A DNA stretch of 64,000 nucleotides, taken from positions 284,458-348,457 of the forward strand of contig OZ253475.1 of NCBI GenBank assembly GCA_965261845.1, given 5' to 3'. The DNA is from Candidatus Foliamicus sp. Lineage in GTDB: Bacteria > Pseudomonadota > Gammaproteobacteria > Steroidobacterales > Foliamicaceae. Under the pieces are notes generated by a model. The model ran no database searches, was not told the DNA's origin, and saw only the letters and a list, made by a program, of their open reading frames with translations. Both the position numbers and the translations under genes were made by a program. Below, piece by piece: positions 59,559-64,000 of this stretch; positions within the stretch are counted from its first letter, which is position 1, and every line of letters starts with the position of its first letter.

Positions 59559-59613
59559 TTCGGGGCCGCCCGGCTCGGTAAATCAACCCTCATGCTTGAT
59601 CATGGCGGCGGAA

Positions 59614-61098
59614 CTATTGCCCCAACAGGAATTCAGTAAGCAGTGGCACCGGCCGCCCGGTGCTGCCCTTGCTGCTGCCGGTCTTCCATGCCGTGCCGGC
59701 AACGTCCAGATGCGCCCAGTTGGCATCCTTGACGAAACGCGACAGGAAACAGGCAGCGGTTGTGGCTCCCGCCAGTCGCGAACCGATGTTGGCCACGTCG
59801 GCGAAATTGCTCTTCAACTCCGGCATGTACTCGGGCCCCATGGGCAGCTGCCAGGCCGGATCGTGGGCGTCCTTGCCGGCCTTGCGAAGCTCGTCCGCCA
59901 ACGCGTCGTTGTTGGAGAACAGGCCGCTGTAGTGCCGGCCCAGCGCCATCAGGCAGGCGCCGGTCAGGGTAGCCACGTCCACCATCTTGGTGGGTTTGAA
60001 GCGCAGGGCGTAGTACAGGGCATCCGCCAGGATCAATCGCCCTTCGGCGTCGGTGTTGAGAACTTCGATGGTTTCTCCGGACATGGCCTTGACGATGTCC
60101 CCCGGCTTGGTAGCGTGGCCGCTGGGCATGTTCTCGACTGCCGCAGCTACCACCACCAGATTGATCGGCAGCTTGAGTTCGATCACCGCTTGCATGGTCG
60201 CCAGCACCGAGCCCGCGCCGCTCATGTCGAATTTCATTTCGTCCATGGCCCGGCCGGGTTTGAGTGAGATTCCGCCGGTATCGAAAGTCACGCCCTTGCC
60301 CACCAGCGCCACCGGGCGAACCTCGGGTGCGGCGCCCTTGTAATTGAGCACGATCAGCCGGGGTGACAGCACACTGCCCTCGCAAACCGAAAGCAGGGAG
60401 TGCATGCCCAGCTCCTTCATCTCTTTTTCCAACAGGATCTTGGCGCTAACACGGGTGCTGCTGCGGGCCAGCTTGCGGGCTTCAGTAGCCAGGTAGGCCG
60501 GGGTGCAGATGTTGGCCGGCAGATTGCCCAGTTGCCGGGCGTAGTTGCGGGCCCGGCCGATCGCCTGGCCCTGCTGTAGACCCTCGGTGGCGTGGGGAAC
60601 GTCAGCATCGCCGTCCACCGCCACGGTGAGCTGGCGCTGCTGGGGACGGGCGTCTTTCTTGGCCTTGCGGGTGGTGGTGTAACGGTAGGAGGCGTAGTGC
60701 CACTGTTCGGCGAAATCGCGCGCCTTGCGTGTTGCGTCGAGATCCGGCACTTCTTCCAGGCCCAGCAGGTTGACTACGGTTGCCGCGGCCGACCGCTCGC
60801 TACGCTGCACCGCTGCCGCCATAGCCTTGCGCCAGACGGCCGCGTCCAGCTTGGCCTTGGGGCCGAGTCCGGCCAGCAGCAAATGGCGCACGCCCAGCCT
60901 GCCGGTGTGGGTAAGCAGCAGGGTATCGCCGGGCTTGCCGCGGATATCGCCGGAAGCCATCGCTTGCTTGATCTGCGACCGCAGGCCTGCGGTCAATCCC
61001 GCTGTCGCCTTGGCCGGCTTGCCATCCTGATAGACCGGCGCGATGGCCAGGTCCGCTTGTAAACTGTTCAATCCTTGGGTAGTGATTTCGAATTGCAT
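59614..61098 (-). CDS. pepA: Leucyl aminopeptidase (M17)
   Basis: NTDAEGRLILADAL signature. Start placed at ATG 61098 (MQFEITTQ...), preceded by AAGAGG; the ORF is open to 61125. Confidence 0.95.
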   Translation of the reverse strand: MQFEITTQGLNSLQADLAIAPVYQDGKPAKATAGLTAGLRSQIKQAMASGDIRGKPGDTLLLTHTGRLGVRHLLLAGLGPKAKLDAAVWRKAMAAAVQRSERSAAATVVNLLGLEEVPDLDATRKARDFAEQWHYASYRYTTTRKAKKDARPQQRQLTVAVDGDADVPHATEGLQQGQAIGRARNYARQLGNLPANICTPAYLATEARKLARSSTRVSAKILLEKEMKELGMHSLLSVCEGSVLSPRLIVLNYKGAAPEVRPVALVGKGVTFDTGGISLKPGRAMDEMKFDMSGAGSVLATMQAVIELKLPINLVVVAAAVENMPSGHATKPGDIVKAMSGETIEVLNTDAEGRLILADALYYALRFKPTKMVDVATLTGACLMALGRHYSGLFSNNDALADELRKAGKDAHDPAWQLPMGPEYMPELKSNFADVANIGSRLAGATTAACFLSRFVKDANWAHLDVAGTAWKTGSSKGSTGRPVPLLTEFLLGQ

Positions 61099-61223
61099 GC
61101 GGTTGCCTCTTGAAGAATCATCCAACGGCGCTGCCGTTCAGTTTGTGCGCAGGCCGTAATTGTGGCTCATTCTATTGCGTTTGCACGCCGTGAGGAACGA
61201 ACAGGCAGGCTTGCCCGGCGCCG

Positions 61224-62327
61224 ATGATCCGCATCCTTGATCGATACCTCTTCCGCGAGGCGCTGATGTCGTTCTCCGGCGCACTTTTGGTGCTGCTGGT
61301 GCTGCTGGGCACCAACCAATGTGTGCGAATCCTGTCGGCGGCCGCATCCCAGAGCTTGCCTCGGGACGCCGTGCTGCCCATGATCGGATACACCTGCCTG
61401 CAGTATCTTCCGGTGGTGATGCCCGCGGCGCTTTTCTTCGGACTGTTGCTGGCTCTGGGGCGCATGTACCGCGACAGCGAGCTGCCGGTATTGCGGGCTT
61501 GCGGATACGGTTCCCGCTCTCAACTGCTGCCGGTACTGTCGCTGGCCCTGCCGGTGGCCGCGCTGGCCTGCTGGATGACTCTGGACCTGGCGCCCGGCGC
61601 CCGCCGCGCGGTGGACGAACTGGAGCTGGAGGCAGCCTCCATGGGTGACTTGCGGCGCCTGGAGCCGGGGCGTTTCGTGTCCCTGGGAGGCCAGGGCGTG
61701 GTCTATGCGGAACAGCAGGATGAAGAGGGGCAGCTGTATCGAGTATTCGCTCATTACCTCATGGACGGAGGCATGCAGGTGCTGGTTGCCGACTCCATGG
61801 CTCTGCGGGAAACTGACGACCCGCTACTCCGTGTGGTGACTTTTTACGATGGTGTGCTGTATGACGGCTGGCCCGGCGAGGCAAGAGTGCTCACAGTTCG
61901 CTTCAAGGAGTACGGTATTCCCGTGCCGATGCCGGATGCCGCCGGCGCGGCGCCAGGTATGGACGCGGCAAGCAGCGCCGAATTGTGGTCACGCGGGGAC
62001 ACGGAGTCCCTGCTGGAATTGCAACGGCGGGTCTCGGCGCCGCTGGTCATGCTGATCCTGGCGATTCTGGCGCTGCCCCTGAGCCGCCGCCCGCCCCGGC
62101 AAAGCCGTTTCGCGGCCTTGCCCTGGGCGCTGCTGCTGTACGTGGTGTACACCAATCTCTTGACCGCTGCGCTTTCCTGGGCCAAGCAGGGAATTACACC
62201 GGCCTGGTTGGGCCTTTGGTGGGTGCATGTCCTGCTGGCCCTGGCGGTGGCGGTGTATTTCGGCTTGGGTGACCAGCATTGGCTGGCCCAGTGGAGGCGG
62301 CGCGCCGGCGCGCCACAGGCCGCATGA
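61224..62327 (+). CDS. lptF: LPS export ABC transporter permease LptF
   Basis: MIRILDRYLFREALMSF start (YjgP/YjgQ family). Divergent from pepA and followed by lptG, as in many proteobacteria. Confidence 0.9.
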   Translation: MIRILDRYLFREALMSFSGALLVLLVLLGTNQCVRILSAAASQSLPRDAVLPMIGYTCLQYLPVVMPAALFFGLLLALGRMYRDSELPVLRACGYGSRSQLLPVLSLALPVAALACWMTLDLAPGARRAVDELELEAASMGDLRRLEPGRFVSLGGQGVVYAEQQDEEGQLYRVFAHYLMDGGMQVLVADSMALRETDDPLLRVVTFYDGVLYDGWPGEARVLTVRFKEYGIPVPMPDAAGAAPGMDAASSAELWSRGDTESLLELQRRVSAPLVMLILAILALPLSRRPPRQSRFAALPWALLLYVVYTNLLTAALSWAKQGITPAWLGLWWVHVLLALAVAVYFGLGDQHWLAQWRRRAGAPQAA

Positions 62328-63415
62328 ACCTGCTGGACCGCTACCTGTTACGTAGCGTGGCGCCGGCTGTGCTGGTGTGCCTCGCCGCGCTGCTCTCACT
62401 GTCGCTGTTCGTGGAGTTCGCGCAACAGTCCCGGTTCGCGGGGCAGGGCCAGTACACCCTTGTTCACGGCCTTGCCTACGCTGCGCTGCGCATTCCGCAG
62501 TTCGCGTTTGAGGCCCTGCCAGCGGCCGCCATTATCGGGTCCTTCCTGGCGCTGGGTAATCTGCAGGCCCATCACGAACTTACCGTGGCCCGGGCCTCGG
62601 GCGTGTCGGTATTGAGGCTTTCGGCGCCGGTGTGGGGCGCCGGCTTTCTGCTGGTGCTGCTGGCCTTGTTCCTGGGCGAGTCACTTGCCCCGCCAATGCA
62701 TGCGCTGGGCAAACGAATGCGCGCAACCGCCCTGAACCTGACGCCGGCGCTGACTCAGGGAGAGGGCGTATGGATGCGCGACGGGGACCTGATCCTGAAC
62801 CTGCGCCCCGCCGGCGATGCAGCAGGGCTAGCCAGCGCCTTTTTGTTTCGACTCGGTCCCGACGGCGTATCCGCACTGGGACGCGCTGCGATGGCGAGAA
62901 TCAACGAGGACGGAAGACTGGAGCTCAGCGGTTACGCGGAAACGGTTCTTGAGGCAGGAGGCGGATCGCGCGTGAACTCCAGCGATGCGTGGGTTACTGA
63001 AACCCGATTGAGTCCCGACATCGTGGAACTGGTGGAATTGCGCCCGGAGCTGATGAAGATCGGCAGCCTGCTGCGCTACGCGCGCTACCTGGAATCGAAT
63101 CAACTAAACGGCGTGCGCTTCCGGCTGGAAATGCAATCCCGACTGGCGACCATGGCCGCCGTGGCCCTGATGTGCGTCCTGGCCTTACCGCTGGTCTTTA
63201 CCAACCGCCGAACTCTGGGAGGCGGCGCCCGGGCGGCGCTGGGCCTGGGCATCGCGCTGATCTGGTTTCTGGCCAATCGCGGCGTGGCCGAGGCCGGCCA
63301 GCTATACGGCCTGCCGCCCTGGATCGCAAGCTGGACCCCGACCGTAGCGCTGGCCGTGGCCGTGGTCCTGCTGTTGTTGCGCGCCGATCGGCTGCGCTGG
63401 CGCGTACACTCGTAG
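62324..63415 (+). CDS. lptG: LPS export ABC transporter permease LptG
   Basis: MNLLDRYLLRSV start at ATG 62324, overlapping the lptF stop (ATGA). The ORF is open from 62279. Confidence 0.9.
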   Translation: MNLLDRYLLRSVAPAVLVCLAALLSLSLFVEFAQQSRFAGQGQYTLVHGLAYAALRIPQFAFEALPAAAIIGSFLALGNLQAHHELTVARASGVSVLRLSAPVWGAGFLLVLLALFLGESLAPPMHALGKRMRATALNLTPALTQGEGVWMRDGDLILNLRPAGDAAGLASAFLFRLGPDGVSALGRAAMARINEDGRLELSGYAETVLEAGGGSRVNSSDAWVTETRLSPDIVELVELRPELMKIGSLLRYARYLESNQLNGVRFRLEMQSRLATMAAVALMCVLALPLVFTNRRTLGGGARAALGLGIALIWFLANRGVAEAGQLYGLPPWIASWTPTVALAVAVVLLLLRADRLRWRVHS

Positions 63416-63474
63416 GCGAGCACCGGAGCCGTGCATCTGTCGCCCACCTCCACACGAGGAATTTCGCAGGATAA

Positions 63475-63549
63475 TGGCGCTCCCTAGGGGAATCGAACCC
63501 CTGTTTCCAGATTGAGAGTCTGGTGTCCTGACCCCTAGACGAAGGGAGC
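63475..63549 (-). tRNA. tRNA-Glu (anticodon CUC), 75 nt with encoded CCA
   Basis: The minus strand reads GCTCCCTTCGTCTAGGGGTCAGGACACCAGACTCTCAATCTGGAAACAGGGGTTCGATTCCCCTAGGGAGCGCCA. Acceptor pairing GCTCCCT/AGGGAGC, anticodon stem CCAGA/TCTGG with loop CTCTCAA, T-arm GGGGTTCGATTCCCC. Closely resembles E. coli tRNA-Glu. Confidence 0.9.
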
Positions 63550-63582
63550 GTGCCGCGTGCCGCGGGCCCGGAAGGGCTTGCC

Positions 63583-64000
63583 GTGGGATATTATAGGCAG
63601 CCGAATTCCGGTGCGCTTGGTTTGCGCGCCGCGACATTCGTAGTTGGAGTCTCGCACTCGATCGAAACAACGGCGCTGAAAATTAATTCGGGCGAGCCGC
63701 GCATTCAGACGCGGCAATTTCCGTCCAATGTGCTGAAGGTGCTTCGCGGCTTGCACCGGGGAGGCTATCGCGCCTGCGTGGTGGGCGGGGGCGTGCGCGA
63801 CCTGTTGCTGAACCTGCGGCCCAAAGACTTTGACATCGTCACTGACGCAAGACCGGAGCAGGTGAAGAAGCTGTTTCGCAGGGTGATTCTGATCGGCCGG
63901 CGTTTCCGCCTCGCGCACGTAATGTTCGGTCGCGAATACATCGAGGTGGCCACTTTTCGCGGTTCCGACAAGGACGCTGCGGAGCCGGAGGGTACGGTCG
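63583..64000 (+). CDS. pcnB: Poly(A) polymerase I, 5' part (runs off the right edge); start codon uncertain
   Basis: [79 protein letters not shown] is colinear with E. coli PcnB ([36 protein letters not shown]...[26 protein letters not shown]). There is no in-frame ATG; candidates are GTG 63583 and TTG 63622. Confidence 0.8.
   Translation, partial: MGYYRQPNSGALGLRAATFVVGVSHSIETTALKINSGEPRIQTRQFPSNVLKVLRGLHRGGYRACVVGGGVRDLLLNLRPKDFDIVTDARPEQVKKLFRRVILIGRRFRLAHVMFGREYIEVATFRGSDKDAAEPEGTV

Noticed and set aside
59559-59613. Expected holC between pepA and valS, as in E. coli-type synteny.
   Set aside because: Only 55 nt separate the two genes, so there is no room for a gene. holC absence is common outside enterics and is not informative by itself.

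Overview
64-kb window from a high-G+C proteobacterial chromosome. The right end is housekeeping: iorA-iorB-dsbB, valS, pepA divergent from lptF-lptG, tRNA-Glu(CUC) and the 5' part of pcnB. The rest is accessory. From left to right: (i) a gene remnant, then a 2,229-aa secreted multidomain protein (FN3, cadherin, Calx-beta, C-terminal LRR). (ii) A complete type I-C CRISPR-Cas locus (cas3-cas5-cas8c-cas7-cas4-cas1-cas2). Its array is cut down to two repeats by an IS6-family element, and the locus is bracketed by two directly oriented IS6-family ends. (iii) A decayed adhesin fragment and a roughly 3,300-aa type Va autotransporter, broken by one frameshift and built partly from 4 x ~830-bp and 3 x ~676-bp tandem modules. 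(iv) An IS graveyard (DUF4338 fragment, IS3 remnant, IS21 remnant nested in an IS1182/IS5-like remnant) with a LuxR-type regulator and a visibly low-G+C islet carrying a DUF4238 gene. (v) An MFS transporter, an NTF2-like lipoprotein, a frameshifted dihaem cytochrome c and an IS1634-like element inserted into a REP-like hairpin. (vi) A 13.5-kb almost gapless minus-strand defence island starting 27 nt downstream of dsbB. It holds Type III-like res-mod, an ABC-type ATPase + DUF4276 pair, and an IetA/IetS-like ATPase-subtilase pair translationally coupled to an SF1 helicase with a RelE/ParE-like N-terminus. The best candidates for new biology are the three-gene IetAS+helicase operon, the ATPase+DUF4276 (split OLD/PARIS-like) pair, the IS6-bracketed CRISPR-Cas module, and a REP-like hairpin embedded in frame inside valS. 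All functional calls come from motif reading by eye; no database search was possible.
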